A DNA stretch of 54,085 nt, from positions 122,971 to 177,055 of the forward strand of contig JAQBQP010000002.1 of the NCBI GenBank assembly GCA_028286905.1, read 5' to 3'. The translations under genes were made by a program, and so were the position numbers. Of the stretch, positions 19,342-29,449 are shown piece by piece (the stretch's first letter is position 1; every line of letters starts with the position of its first letter). The notes under the pieces were generated by a model. It was not told where the DNA came from and did not search any database. It saw only the letters and a program-made list of their open reading frames with translations. Source of the stretch: Candidatus Doudnabacteria bacterium (GTDB lineage Bacteria; Patescibacteriota; Doudnabacteria; UBA920; VMFF01).

Positions 19342-20790
19342 ATGAAGTACTACATTACTACAGCAATCGATTATATTAATGGCAAACCGCATATCGGGCA
19401 CTCTTATGAAAAAGTGGCGGCCGACGTTTTGGCGCGCTGGCATCGTTTAAAAGGAGAACAAGTTTTTTTCTTGACTGGCACAGATGAGCACGGCGCAAAA
19501 ATTGCGGAGTTCGCAGCAAAACAAGACCAGCAGCCACAGGCATTTGCGGATGAAAATTTTCAGAATTTTAAACTTGCTTGGGATAATTTGGGCTTATCTT
19601 ACGATCGGTTTATTCGTACTACTGACAAAGACCATCTTAAAGCGGTAGAAACAATTTTAAAAAAAATTAAAGAATCCGGTCACTTGTATGAAGGCGAGTA
19701 TACCGGAATGTATTGCGTTGGGCACGAAGCTTTTTTAACAGAAAAAGATTTAGTAGATGGGCTTTGCCCAGAACACGGCACTAAGCCCGAGATTATTACA
19801 GAAAAAAATTGGTTCTTTAAAGTATCTAGCTTTACCGCACAAATTAAAGAAGCGATTGTTTCCGGCACTTTTAAAATTTGGCCCGAAGAACGGAAGAACG
19901 AAATTCTTAGTTTGCTGGATCAAGGTTTTAACGATATCGCAATTAGTCGTCCTAATGTACAGTGGGGCATTCCTTTGCCATGGGATAAAAAACAAACGGT
20001 TTATGTTTGGGTAGATGCTTTGATCAATTATATTTCCGGAGTCGGATATGTTGGAGACAAGGAGCTTTTTAAAAAATTCTGGCCTGCGGACTGGCATGTC
20101 GTTGGCAAAGACATTATCAAATTCCATTGTATTATTTGGCCAGCAATGTTGCTGGCGGCCGGCTTAGATATTCCTAAAGGGGTAGTGGGGCACGGTTATT
20201 TAACAGCTGGAAATAAAAAAATCAGTAAATCAATCGGTAATGTTATTGATCCAAATGAATGGGTTTCAAAATACGGCAGCGATGCAGTTCGTTATTTTTT
20301 GATGCGTGAAATTTCTTTTGGCCAGGATGGCGATGTTTCTGAAGAAAAACTGCAAAGCCGTTACGAAGGCGATCTTGCGAATGGCTTGGGAAACTTGGTT
20401 TCGCGCTTAACGAACATGATCGAGAAATATTGTCATGGCGAAGTTCCGCATACCGTTTCGCCGGAAATGAATTTATCAGAAATAGATCTGCTGCTAGAAA
20501 ATTTTAAATTCCATGAAGCTTTGCAGAAAATTTGGGAAGCAATTGCTTGGTCCAACCAATATATAGATGAAACAAAACCCTGGCAGGTTGCCAAAGATAA
20601 TCAGGAAGAAGTAGAAGCAATTTTATCAAAGCTTGCTGCAGAAGTGCAGGTGATCGGTTATTTTCTGGCTCCGTTTATGCCGGACACTGCGGAGAAAATT
20701 CGTCTGGCTTTTGAAAGCGACACTATTACTAAAATTGAACCTTTGTTTCCTCGAATTGAAGAAGAAGTGCTTCCTTCAATCTTGCTTTAA
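19342..20790 (+). CDS. metG: Methionine-tRNA ligase (short form without C-terminal domain)
   Basis: HIGH, TGTDEHG, YVWVDAL, GKDIIKFH, KISKS. Confidence 0.96.
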   Translation: MKYYITTAIDYINGKPHIGHSYEKVAADVLARWHRLKGEQVFFLTGTDEHGAKIAEFAAKQDQQPQAFADENFQNFKLAWDNLGLSYDRFIRTTDKDHLKAVETILKKIKESGHLYEGEYTGMYCVGHEAFLTEKDLVDGLCPEHGTKPEIITEKNWFFKVSSFTAQIKEAIVSGTFKIWPEERKNEILSLLDQGFNDIAISRPNVQWGIPLPWDKKQTVYVWVDALINYISGVGYVGDKELFKKFWPADWHVVGKDIIKFHCIIWPAMLLAAGLDIPKGVVGHGYLTAGNKKISKSIGNVIDPNEWVSKYGSDAVRYFLMREISFGQDGDVSEEKLQSRYEGDLANGLGNLVSRLTNMIEKYCHGEVPHTVSPEMNLSEIDLLLENFKFHEALQKIWEAIAWSNQYIDETKPWQVAKDNQEEVEAILSKLAAEVQVIGYFLAPFMPDTAEKIRLAFESDTITKIEPLFPRIEEEVLPSILL

Positions 20791-20809
20791 ATAAAAATAA
20801 TTCAAATAT

Positions 20810-21631
20810 ATGCTGTACGATACGCACGCCCATCTGAATATGAAAGCTTTTAAAAATGATTGGGAGCATGTTGCGGCAGAAGCCTTAGCGCAGCATGTTA
20901 TTTATAATAATGTCGGAACAGAAAAGACCACTTCGCAGCGAGCGGTTGATTTGGCAGATGGCAAGAACGTTTTTGCGGTTGTTGGGTTGCATCCGAGCCA
21001 CACTGTTTTTGAAGATCTGGATGAAGATATTTCGCGCGAAGAAAAATTTGATTATCATTTTTATTCTCAATTAGCACGCGATCCAAAAGTTGTCGGAATT
21101 GGCGAGTGCGGTTTGGATTATTTTCGAATTCCAGAAAAGATGGCTTTAGCCGAAGTTAAAGCAACTCAGCACGCTGCTTTTGAACAGCAAATTGAGCTTG
21201 CTAAAGAATTAGATAAAACCTTAGTAATTCATACCCGAGCGACAAAGGATACTATTGATGCTTACGAAGATACCTTAAAACTGTTAGAAAAGTATCGACT
21301 GAATCGTTTTTTAGTACATAGCTTTACTGGTAATTGGGATTTAGCCGAGAGATTTTTAAAGCTTGGCGGCTACTTGGGGTTGAATGGTATAATAACCTTT
21401 GATAAGACTGGTGCTTTAAAGGAAGTAATTGAAAAAATGCCTACAGATAAAATGGTGCTGGAAACCGATTCGCCATTCTTAGCACCGCCTCCGCATCGTG
21501 GCAAACGAAACATTCCCCAATACGTCCAGTATGTTGCCGAGTATATTGGCTCTATAAATAACATTGCTGTTGAAGAGGTTGCTGCAACGACTACAGCAAA
21601 TGCGAAGCGACTATTCAAAATTTTTGATTAA
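20810..21631 (+). CDS. tatD: TatD family nuclease
   Basis: DTHAH, GLHP, IGECGLD, HTR, ETDSPF; adjacent to metG. Confidence 0.92.
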   Translation: MLYDTHAHLNMKAFKNDWEHVAAEALAQHVIYNNVGTEKTTSQRAVDLADGKNVFAVVGLHPSHTVFEDLDEDISREEKFDYHFYSQLARDPKVVGIGECGLDYFRIPEKMALAEVKATQHAAFEQQIELAKELDKTLVIHTRATKDTIDAYEDTLKLLEKYRLNRFLVHSFTGNWDLAERFLKLGGYLGLNGIITFDKTGALKEVIEKMPTDKMVLETDSPFLAPPPHRGKRNIPQYVQYVAEYIGSINNIAVEEVAATTTANAKRLFKIFD

Positions 21632-21635
21632 GATT

Positions 21636-24008
21636 ATGTACAACCCTCAAAAGACTGAAAAAAAATGGCATAAGATTTGGAAAGCTAAAAAAGTTTACGA
21701 ATCAAAAGATTTTTCTACTAAACCAAAAAAATATGTTTTGGTGGAATTTCCTTATCCTTCAGGTGCCGGTTTGCACACTGGGCACTTGCGTTCTTATGTC
21801 GCTTCCGACGTCGTTTCAAGATATAGCAGAGCAAAGGGTTTTGAGGTAATGTACCCATTTGGTTGGGATGCTTTTGGTTTGCCTGCTGAAAATTATGCAT
21901 TAAAGATGGGAGTCCAGCCGCAAGTCTCCACTGCAAAAAATATTCGAAATTTTAAAAAGCAAGTTAACGCTTTGGGAATTAGTTTTGATTGGTCTCGCGA
22001 AGTTAATACTACTGACCCAAAATATTATAAGTGGACCCAATGGTTGTTCTTGCAATTTTATAAAGCTGGTTTAGCTTATGAAGCAGAATCGATGATTAAT
22101 TGGTGTCCAAAAGATAAAACTGGGCTTGCTAACGAAGAAGTTATTGATGGTAAGTGTGATCGTTGCGGCACCCCAGTTGAAAAGAAAATGCTTCGACAAT
22201 GGTATCTTAAGATTACCGAATATGCTCAGCAGTTAATTGATGGGCTTAAGGATCTAGATTGGCCAGAGCCTGTTAAAGTTCAGCAAGCAAACTGGATTGG
22301 CCGCAGCGAAGGCGCGGAAATAGAGTTTAAAATTACTAGTGAAGTAGGCGAGGGCAAAGCGACTGTCTTTACGACTCGTCCGGACACTCTTTACGGCGCG
22401 ACCTATTTAGTTTTGGCGCCAGAGCATGTGCTTTTGGAAAAACTTAAGCCAGCGATACAAAATTGGACTGAGGTTCAAAAATATATTAAGAAGGCTTCAA
22501 ATAAAACAGACTTACAAAGATCGGCTTTGGAAAAAGAAAAATCGGGCGCGGAGTTAAAAGGTGTTTATGCAATAAACCCTGCAACCAAGAAAAAGGTTTC
22601 GGTTTGGATTGCGGACTACGTATTGAATACTTATGGTACCGGTGCGATTATGGCAGTGCCAGCCCATGACCAGAGAGATAAACAGTTTGCAGAAAAATAC
22701 GAGTTGCCGATCAAACAAGTCATCCGTGATGAAATTATGATCAACTCTGGCGAACTTAATGATCTTTCTACCTTGCAGGCAAAAAAGAAAATCATTGCAA
22801 AATACGGCAAATTAAAAATTCAATACAAGCTTCGAGATTGGGTTTTCTCCAGACAAAGATATTGGGGCGAACCAATTCCGCTTATTCATTGCGATAAATG
22901 TGGAATTGTACCGGTGCCTGAGGATCAGTTGCCAGTAATTTTACCAAAGGTAAAAAAATATGAACCGACCGGAACTGGCGAATCGCCATTGGCAGCAATC
23001 GACTCGTGGGTAAATGTAAAATGTCCAAAATGCTCTGGCGCTGCCAAGCGGGAAACGAACACAATGCCACAATGGGCAGGCAGTTCTTGGTATTTCTTAA
23101 GATATACTGATCCAAAAAATACTAAACGCTTTGCCGATCCAGAAAATTTAAAATATTGGATGCCAATCGACGTCTATTTTGGCGGAATGGAACATACTAC
23201 TTTACATTTGTTGTATTCTCGCTTTTGGAATTTATTTTTGTACGATCAAGGCTTGGTGCCAGTTAAAGAGCCATATACCTCCAGACAGCCACACGGGATT
23301 ATACTGGGGCCGGATGGTGAAAAAATGAGTAAGAGCAGGGGGAACGTTGCTAGCCCGGACCAGTTAGTAAAGCAATACGGTGCGGATACCACCCGCATGT
23401 TCCAAATGTTTTTGGGCCCTCACGAACAAACCGTTTCTTGGAATGAAGAAGGTATTGTTGGGGTGCATAGATTTTTGCAGAAAACTTGGGCTTGGGTTTC
23501 GGAAAATGCGGCGTTGGTAAAAAAAGGAAAGACCCAGGATTCTTCAAAGGCGGAAACTCTTATTAATAAATTGATTAAAAAAGTAACAGAAGACATCGAA
23601 GGTGTTAAATTTAACACTGCTATCTCTTCTTTTATGGAATTCATAAATGAAGTTGCAGCTGAAAAAATTTCTAAACAAAGCCTGCAAAAATTTGTAATTA
23701 TACTTGCTCCTTTCGCTCCGCATCTTAGCGAAGAACTTTGGTCATTGCTGGGTGGCAAAGCAAGCGTGACTTTGGAAGCATGGCCGGAATATGATCAATC
23801 AAAAACAGTTTCAGCAACGGTTCAGTTTGTTGTTCAAGTAAATGGAAAATTCCGCGGAAATATTGAAGCTCCAAAATCCGCTTCTCAAAAAGATCTCGAA
23901 GCTTCAGCAAAAGCTTTGGAAGCGGTAACCAAAGCAATCGGAATGGCCAGCGGAGAAATCAAAAAAATAATTTTTGTGCCAGGACGATTAATTAATTTTG
24001 TGGCTTAA
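21636..24008 (+). CDS. leuS: Leucine-tRNA ligase
   Basis: FPYPSG.GLHTGH, GWDAFGLPAEN, TTRPDT editing domain, SRQRYWG, KMSKS; start taken at ATG 21636. Confidence 0.96.
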   Translation: MYNPQKTEKKWHKIWKAKKVYESKDFSTKPKKYVLVEFPYPSGAGLHTGHLRSYVASDVVSRYSRAKGFEVMYPFGWDAFGLPAENYALKMGVQPQVSTAKNIRNFKKQVNALGISFDWSREVNTTDPKYYKWTQWLFLQFYKAGLAYEAESMINWCPKDKTGLANEEVIDGKCDRCGTPVEKKMLRQWYLKITEYAQQLIDGLKDLDWPEPVKVQQANWIGRSEGAEIEFKITSEVGEGKATVFTTRPDTLYGATYLVLAPEHVLLEKLKPAIQNWTEVQKYIKKASNKTDLQRSALEKEKSGAELKGVYAINPATKKKVSVWIADYVLNTYGTGAIMAVPAHDQRDKQFAEKYELPIKQVIRDEIMINSGELNDLSTLQAKKKIIAKYGKLKIQYKLRDWVFSRQRYWGEPIPLIHCDKCGIVPVPEDQLPVILPKVKKYEPTGTGESPLAAIDSWVNVKCPKCSGAAKRETNTMPQWAGSSWYFLRYTDPKNTKRFADPENLKYWMPIDVYFGGMEHTTLHLLYSRFWNLFLYDQGLVPVKEPYTSRQPHGIILGPDGEKMSKSRGNVASPDQLVKQYGADTTRMFQMFLGPHEQTVSWNEEGIVGVHRFLQKTWAWVSENAALVKKGKTQDSSKAETLINKLIKKVTEDIEGVKFNTAISSFMEFINEVAAEKISKQSLQKFVIILAPFAPHLSEELWSLLGGKASVTLEAWPEYDQSKTVSATVQFVVQVNGKFRGNIEAPKSASQKDLEASAKALEAVTKAIGMASGEIKKIIFVPGRLINFVA

Positions 24009-24040
24009 AATATACACATCAAAAAGAATTAAAATAATTC

Positions 24041-25291
24041 ATGAACTATTCAACATTACAACAACAGGATCCAGAGCTTTACGATATTGTTAAAGCCGAG
24101 GAACAGCGTCAAAAACAAGGGCTAGAATTGATTGCATCTGAAAACTACGTTTCCAAAGCAGTGTTAGAAACCATGGGCAGCATCCTTACTAACAAGTACT
24201 CAGAGGGGTACCCTGGTAAACGCTACTACGGCGGTAATGAAATTATTGACCAAGCAGAAAATTTAGCGATTGCGCGTGCTAAAGAGTTGTTCGGCGCAGA
24301 ACATGTAAATGTTCAGCCATTGTCCGGTGGGCCTGCAAATATTGCAGTGTACTTTGCTTTGCTAGAACCTGGCGATAAAGTTTTGGGCATGTCGCTGGAT
24401 CAGGGCGGGCATTTAACTCACGGACATCCTTTGAATTTTTCTGGAAAACTTTTCAACATCATTCCTTATACTGTAAACAAAGAAACTGAGCAGGTGGATA
24501 TGGACGAAGTTGAAGCGATTGCTTTGCGGGAAAAACCTAAAATGATTATCGCAGGTTTCTCTGCATATTCCAGAAGTTTAGATTGGAAGCGTTTCAAAGA
24601 AATTGCTGATAAAATTGGCGCTTATACATTTGCTGACATCGCGCACATTTCTGGTTTGATCGCGGGCAAACAATTGGAAAGCCCTGTACCTTATTTTGAC
24701 GTGGTTAGCACCACGACTCACAAAACTTTGAGAGGTCCACGCGGCGCAATTATTATGTCTAAAGAGCAACACGCGGCAGCGATTAACCGCGCAGTTTTCC
24801 CGGGAATCCAAGGAGGCCCGCATGATCATATTAATGCTGCTAAGGCGGTTGCTTTTAAAGAAGCTTTACAGCCAGAGTTCCAGACATATGCCGCACAAAT
24901 AATAAAAAATTCCAAGAAGCTTTCAGATTTGATGCAGGCGCGCGGTTATCGAGTTGTTTCTGGCGGTACTGACAATCACTTGATTTTGATTGATGCATTT
25001 GGCAGCAAAGGCGTTACGGGAAAAGAGGCTGAACATGTTTTAGAATCAGTTGGTATTTCAATAAATAAAAATATGGTTCCTTACGATGTTCGAAAGCCAA
25101 TGGATCCTTCCGGAATCCGCTTAGGCACCGCAGCGTTAACAACTAGGGGAATGCAAGAAACCGAAATGGAAACAGTTGCAGATTTAATTGACCGAGCGAT
25201 TACTAATAAATCTGACGAAACAACTATTAATGAGCTTAAAAAAGAAGTTATCGATTTTAGCCTTAAATTTCCTGTTCCTGGGATCGAATAA
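24041..25291 (+). CDS. glyA: Serine hydroxymethyltransferase
   Basis: LIASEN, NKYSEGYPG, GGHLTHG, TTTHKTLRGPRG. Confidence 0.97.
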   Translation: MNYSTLQQQDPELYDIVKAEEQRQKQGLELIASENYVSKAVLETMGSILTNKYSEGYPGKRYYGGNEIIDQAENLAIARAKELFGAEHVNVQPLSGGPANIAVYFALLEPGDKVLGMSLDQGGHLTHGHPLNFSGKLFNIIPYTVNKETEQVDMDEVEAIALREKPKMIIAGFSAYSRSLDWKRFKEIADKIGAYTFADIAHISGLIAGKQLESPVPYFDVVSTTTHKTLRGPRGAIIMSKEQHAAAINRAVFPGIQGGPHDHINAAKAVAFKEALQPEFQTYAAQIIKNSKKLSDLMQARGYRVVSGGTDNHLILIDAFGSKGVTGKEAEHVLESVGISINKNMVPYDVRKPMDPSGIRLGTAALTTRGMQETEMETVADLIDRAITNKSDETTINELKKEVIDFSLKFPVPGIE

Positions 25292-25299
25292 TAGACTTT

Positions 25300-25896
25300 A
25301 TGCACCAATATTTTTCAAACTTAGATTTTAAAGTTTTCCTAGCGCTTAATAATCTCACTGGCCATCCTTGGGCAGATTGGTTTTTTGTTCTTTGCGCAGT
25401 GTATTTTGCATTTATAATGCCAGCAATTTTGATAATTTGGTGGTTTGTGGCAGAGGACCGGATCTCTGCACGCAAAGCGATTTTACTGGCTGGATTAGCA
25501 GCCTTAGTTGCTCGCTACGGAATAAAAACGCTTATTGCAACTTTTTGGAGTCGGAACCGTCCTTTTATTGCCCATACTGTGCACGATATAATTTCTAAAA
25601 AAGATAACCAAGCTTCCTTTCCTTCCGGACATGCAATCGCGATGTTTGCAATTGCTTCCGCAGTATACGCTTACAACAAAAAAATGGGCATCTTAATGTA
25701 TACCATGGCAACTTTAACTGGTATTTGTAGGATAGTGGTTGGGGTGCATTATCCAAGCGATATTATTGCCGGTGCAGTGTTGGGCGCTCTAACCGGATAT
25801 CTATTAGCAAAGGTTCTGGATAAAAGAATTGATCCTTTAACTCAATCGATTTCAAACCTTTCTAATCAGGCGCTACCTTTTACAAAATCAAAGTAA
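25300..25896 (+). CDS. PAP2 family phosphatase (BcrC-like undecaprenyl-PP phosphatase)
   Basis: K..W.R.RP, SFPSGH, R..VGVHYPSD. Confidence 0.88.
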   Translation: MHQYFSNLDFKVFLALNNLTGHPWADWFFVLCAVYFAFIMPAILIIWWFVAEDRISARKAILLAGLAALVARYGIKTLIATFWSRNRPFIAHTVHDIISKKDNQASFPSGHAIAMFAIASAVYAYNKKMGILMYTMATLTGICRIVVGVHYPSDIIAGAVLGALTGYLLAKVLDKRIDPLTQSISNLSNQALPFTKSK

Positions 25897-25920
25897 TCTG
25901 GTAATATTACCTAAGTTCCA

Positions 25921-26007
25921 GCCGGTGTGGCGGAACTGGCATACGCGCACGACTCAAAATCGTGTGAGGTTACCCTCATGTGGGTTCAACTCCCACCACC
26001 GGCACCA
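25921..26007 (+). tRNA. tRNA-Leu(CAA)
   Basis: GCCGGTG/CACCGGC acceptor stem, CACGA-CTCAAAA-TCGTG anticodon arm, long variable arm, CCA end. Confidence 0.95.
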
Positions 26008-26046
26008 GAAATGTTTTCGACAGAAAATATAAAGATAAAATAAAAT

Positions 26047-27075
26047 ATGTTCGACCAATTCTCAAATTTAAATAATCAGACTGCTGGCTCAAGCGAAGAT
26101 CCAAATCCTCGTGAAGCTGATGAGCAGTCTTTTTCTATTCAAGTAAATAATTATGTAGATGACTTTGTGCCATCGGTGCCGATTATAGAAACAGAATTAC
26201 CAGCTGGATATGAAACCGTTGAGCATCCAATTTTACCGCCGATTGAAAAGAGCGAACCGCTTTCACACGCTGATTCAATTGTTCAAGAAGTTGCGATTGA
26301 AGATATTGTCGCTAATCCGTACCAGCCAAGAAAAACCTTTGTTCAAGAACACTTACAAGAATTAGCAGACTCAATTCGAGAGCATGGCTTAATTCAACCA
26401 ATGGTAGTAAACCAAACCGCGAACGGCTATGAGCTAGTAGTGGGTGAGCGCAGGTTCCGTGCCAGCCAATTAGCTGGTTTGAAGAAAGTGCCTGTAATTA
26501 TAAAGTCTGGAATGCATGATCAGACTAAGCTAGAAATTGCACTTATCGAGAATGTTCAACGCCAGGATTTAAACCCGATTGAAGAAGCATTGGCTTACGA
26601 TAAGCTTATGAAAATGTTCGGCCTTACTCAAGAAAAGGTAGCGCAAAAAGTAGGTAAGTCCAGGCCAGCAGTTGCAAACACGGTGCGTCTCCTAAACTTG
26701 CCAGCAGAAATTCAACGCGGAATTATCGATTCTAAAATTTCCGAAGGTCATGCCCGTGCGGTTTTGGGTTTAGCTGGGATCGAACGCCAATTGGCTTTAT
26801 ATAAAATGATTTTGGATCAGAGTTTGAATGTTCGCCAAGTGGAAGCGAAGGTTCGCGAGCTAATGGCTCGTCCCAGAATGGAAGCCGCAGGACCTGACCC
26901 CCGAACACTTGCTATTGAGAATGAACTTCGCAGCAAGCTCGGCACCAAAGTAAAAATAGAAAAGAAGGGTCGAGGTGGAAAAATAATGATTGAGTTCTTT
27001 TCTGAAGAAGAACTGGACGAGTTAATGGACAAAATTTCTCACAAATCAGGTGGCACCGAATATTTTGTAGTCTAA
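26047..27075 (+). CDS. parB: ParB/Spo0J chromosome partition protein
   Basis: NPYQPRK, GLIQP, GERRFRA CTPase box, EN.QR.DLNPIEEA, HTH GKSRPAVAN. Confidence 0.93.
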   Translation: MFDQFSNLNNQTAGSSEDPNPREADEQSFSIQVNNYVDDFVPSVPIIETELPAGYETVEHPILPPIEKSEPLSHADSIVQEVAIEDIVANPYQPRKTFVQEHLQELADSIREHGLIQPMVVNQTANGYELVVGERRFRASQLAGLKKVPVIIKSGMHDQTKLEIALIENVQRQDLNPIEEALAYDKLMKMFGLTQEKVAQKVGKSRPAVANTVRLLNLPAEIQRGIIDSKISEGHARAVLGLAGIERQLALYKMILDQSLNVRQVEAKVRELMARPRMEAAGPDPRTLAIENELRSKLGTKVKIEKKGRGGKIMIEFFSEEELDELMDKISHKSGGTEYFVV

Positions 27076-27077
27076 TC

Positions 27078-27106
27078 TTGACGCTCAATTGCTAAAATGT
27101 TATAGT
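27078..27106 (+). promoter_or_regulatory. Sigma70-type promoter of GC-rich cassette 1
   Basis: TTGACG-17 nt-TATAGT. Confidence 0.7.
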
Positions 27107-27236
27107 ACCAAAGTTGAAAAAGCTCCTGGAGCTTTTTTGATTTGCAAATACATTTTTACCGATTGTCATGCAGTTATAGATGCCGCCGCTTCACTTTTCA
27201 TCTTCACTCATCACTGTTGGGCCCTGAAGGAGGGGT

Positions 27237-27602
27237 ATGAACACTGTTGCACAACCCGCAGAAGAGAATTCTGCCACGCTGAAGTCCGCCGATAGCAAGG
27301 AAAATCAAATGCTCCGCGCTCAAATCAAGAGCCGGGAGTTCCAGCGTTTGAAACGTCACCTGCACATGAGCGTTCTCAAGACACCCGCAGAAACGGAAAG
27401 GCTCCGGAAGGAGATCGAAGCGATCGTGCCGCGCAGCAATCCGCTGCCCGCTGCCGTGGAGTTGTGGGAGGAGTTGGATTCTTGGCTGACAGAGAAAACT
27501 TCGGCTAGCAATCTGAGCCCTTCGGAACCCTTCATGGCGCGAACGATTTTTGACACCGCCTTCCTCGGCGCTCGGGTTCGCGAGCCGCGGAAACAACACT
27601 AG
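27237..27602 (+). CDS. Hypothetical protein, GC-rich orphan (121 aa)
   Basis: Strong SD GAAGGAGG before ATG, own promoter and terminator; GC well above neighbours. Confidence 0.65.
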   Translation: MNTVAQPAEENSATLKSADSKENQMLRAQIKSREFQRLKRHLHMSVLKTPAETERLRKEIEAIVPRSNPLPAAVELWEELDSWLTEKTSASNLSPSEPFMARTIFDTAFLGARVREPRKQH

Positions 27603-27626
27603 CCGCGCTCAGCGCAACAGAGCAAC

Positions 27627-27672
27627 AAAAAAACGCCCTCGGTCACAATGATCGGGGGCGTTTTCACTTTTT
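27627..27672. terminator. Bidirectional terminator between the orphan gene and rpmB
   Basis: AAAAAAACGCCCTCGGTCA-CAA-TGATCGGGGGCGTTTT. Confidence 0.8.
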
Positions 27673-27871
27673 AAGCTGTAGCTCTTGCTACTTTACGGCC
27701 GGATTTCTTTGACTGAGTCTTAATGCAGCTTGTGCATGCCTTTACTCGTTTGCCTTCATGGATAGCCCATTGTAAGTTTGGCAACAATCTTTTGATCGAT
27801 GCTCGCATAGAGTGGCTTCGTTTGATTGTCTTGGAATATCCTTTACCGCAGATCGCGCACATTCTTGGCAT
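27671..27871 (-). CDS. rpmB: 50S ribosomal protein L28
   Basis: MPRMCAICGK..RSHSMR..KR..PNLQ..CTSCIK (Zn-ribbon type). Confidence 0.92.
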   Translation of the reverse strand: MPRMCAICGKGYSKTIKRSHSMRASIKRLLPNLQWAIHEGKRVKACTSCIKTQSKKSGRKVARATA

Positions 27872-27926
27872 AAGTTTTTCTTAATTGACTAATTGATTTT
27901 ATCAGAACCTGGTATAATAATCAAGT

Positions 27927-28559
27927 ATGGATATAACAACCACAATTATAAGTTTAGTAATCCTTTTGTTTTCTGCTATTTTGCATGAAATAGCACATGG
28001 AGCTGTAGCCGAATATTTTGGCGATTATACCGCTAGGGACCTGGGTAGAATTAGTTTAAACCCCTTAGTACACATTGATCCCTTTATGACCGTGCTGCTA
28101 CCATTGTTTTTGGCGCTTTCACATTCTCCTTTTATATTTGGAGGAGCAAAGCCGGTACCTGTTAATTACAACAATTTGAGAAACTACCGTTGGGGAATAT
28201 TCTGGGTTTCAATCGCGGGGATTCTAACCAACCTGGCTTTGGCAATTATATTTTTATTACCATTTAGATTTTTTGCAATGCCTGTGAATCTTGGCTCACT
28301 GTTTGTATTAATAGCTGAAATAAATATAATATTAGCTGTATTTAATTTGATTCCTTTCCCACCGCTGGATGGTGCAAAAGTCTTTTCTTCTTTGCTTGGC
28401 GAAGATGCAATAGAAGCAGTGGCGAGATTTGAAAGAAGAGGGGTTTGGGCTACGTTACCTTTCTTATTTATTTTCTTGTTTCTAATCGGCAATGGCGGCT
28501 TAGATTTGATCCTGTCTCCCGTCATGAACTTCTTTTTTAGAATCTTTGGTGTAATTTAA
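27927..28559 (+). CDS. Site-2 protease (M50 family)
   Basis: HEIAHG, GRISLNP, AKPVPV, NLIPFPPLDG. Confidence 0.92.
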   Translation: MDITTTIISLVILLFSAILHEIAHGAVAEYFGDYTARDLGRISLNPLVHIDPFMTVLLPLFLALSHSPFIFGGAKPVPVNYNNLRNYRWGIFWVSIAGILTNLALAIIFLLPFRFFAMPVNLGSLFVLIAEINIILAVFNLIPFPPLDGAKVFSSLLGEDAIEAVARFERRGVWATLPFLFIFLFLIGNGGLDLILSPVMNFFFRIFGVI

Positions 28560-28572
28560 TTAATAAAATTTT

Positions 28573-28812
28573 ATGGAACCATTTAGACGCTCAAACATAT
28601 TTGAACAAATGAGTGATGAGCTTTTGGCAGACAAAATCATTCAAATAAAAGAAGCCTTAGAAAAGGCTCAAGCTGAGCTTGCTGCCCAAACGGAAGGGGC
28701 AGAAGAGTATGTCGCCACAAAAATCCGAATTGAAGATATTCAAGCAACTTTAATGAACCACGAAGCAGAAGCCGAACAGCGGGCTATCGACAAAACCAAC
28801 GAGACCGCCTAA
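28573..28812 (+). CDS. Small acidic helical hypothetical protein
   Basis: 79 aa, Glu/Ala-rich, fills the gap before the rpsL promoter. Confidence 0.6.
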   Translation: MEPFRRSNIFEQMSDELLADKIIQIKEALEKAQAELAAQTEGAEEYVATKIRIEDIQATLMNHEAEAEQRAIDKTNETA

Positions 28813-28816
28813 AGCT

Positions 28817-28845
28817 TTGACAAAAAGTTCATATTTTCGTATAAT
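28817..28845 (+). promoter_or_regulatory. Consensus sigma70 promoter of the str operon
   Basis: TTGACA-17 nt-TATAAT. Confidence 0.85.
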
Positions 28846-29016
28846 ATCCGATATATAACAACTAGTTATATTTAAATATTAAATAACTAAATACGAAGTA
28901 ACCTTAAATCACCTAGTCTTCTATAGAGTAGGTGCGGTGAACTGGTGCCTGCGACGCAGGACTCAACGTATTTGGTCGATCCCTAAATAACATTAGGATC
29001 AAGAAAGAACAGTTTA

Positions 29017-29424
29017 GTGCCTACAATCAACCAGCTGGTGCGCAACAAGCGTCACCCGTTGAAGAGCAAATCAAAAACTCCTGCTCTTGAACGAAGAATC
29101 AACATCATAAAGGGCATCACCGTATGGCGTCCAAGTCCTTTTATGCGCGGAGTTTGTTTGAAAGTTTATACAACCACACCGAAGAAGCCAAACTCAGCTT
29201 TACGTAAAATTGCTAAAGTTCGTTTGACCAATGGTATGGAAGTTTTGGCGTACATTCCTGGAATCGGACACAATTTGCAAGAGCACTCTGTGGTTATGAT
29301 TCGCGGTGGAAGAGTAAAAGATCTTCCAGGTGTGCGTTATCACATTGTTCGAGGTAAGTTAGACACTCTTGGCGTTGACGGTCGTAAACGCAGCAGAAGT
29401 AAATACGGAGTGAAAAAGAGCTAA
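29017..29424 (+). CDS. rpsL: 30S ribosomal protein S12
   Basis: GTG start; [30 protein letters not shown]. Confidence 0.97.
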   Translation: MPTINQLVRNKRHPLKSKSKTPALERRINIIKGITVWRPSPFMRGVCLKVYTTTPKKPNSALRKIAKVRLTNGMEVLAYIPGIGHNLQEHSVVMIRGGRVKDLPGVRYHIVRGKLDTLGVDGRKRSRSKYGVKKS

Positions 29425-29449
29425 GCTCTAATTCAGAAAGAATAAACAT

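Noticed and set aside
21564-21635. Longer starts in the ORF track for leuS (also ROK at 9621 and map at 51597)
   Set aside because: They overlap upstream genes and add non-homologous residues; downstream ATGs fit the family N-termini.
27204-27599. Minus-strand 131-aa ORF as the real gene of cassette 1
   Set aside because: The + strand ORF has the promoter, SD and terminator; antisense open frames are expected in GC-rich DNA.
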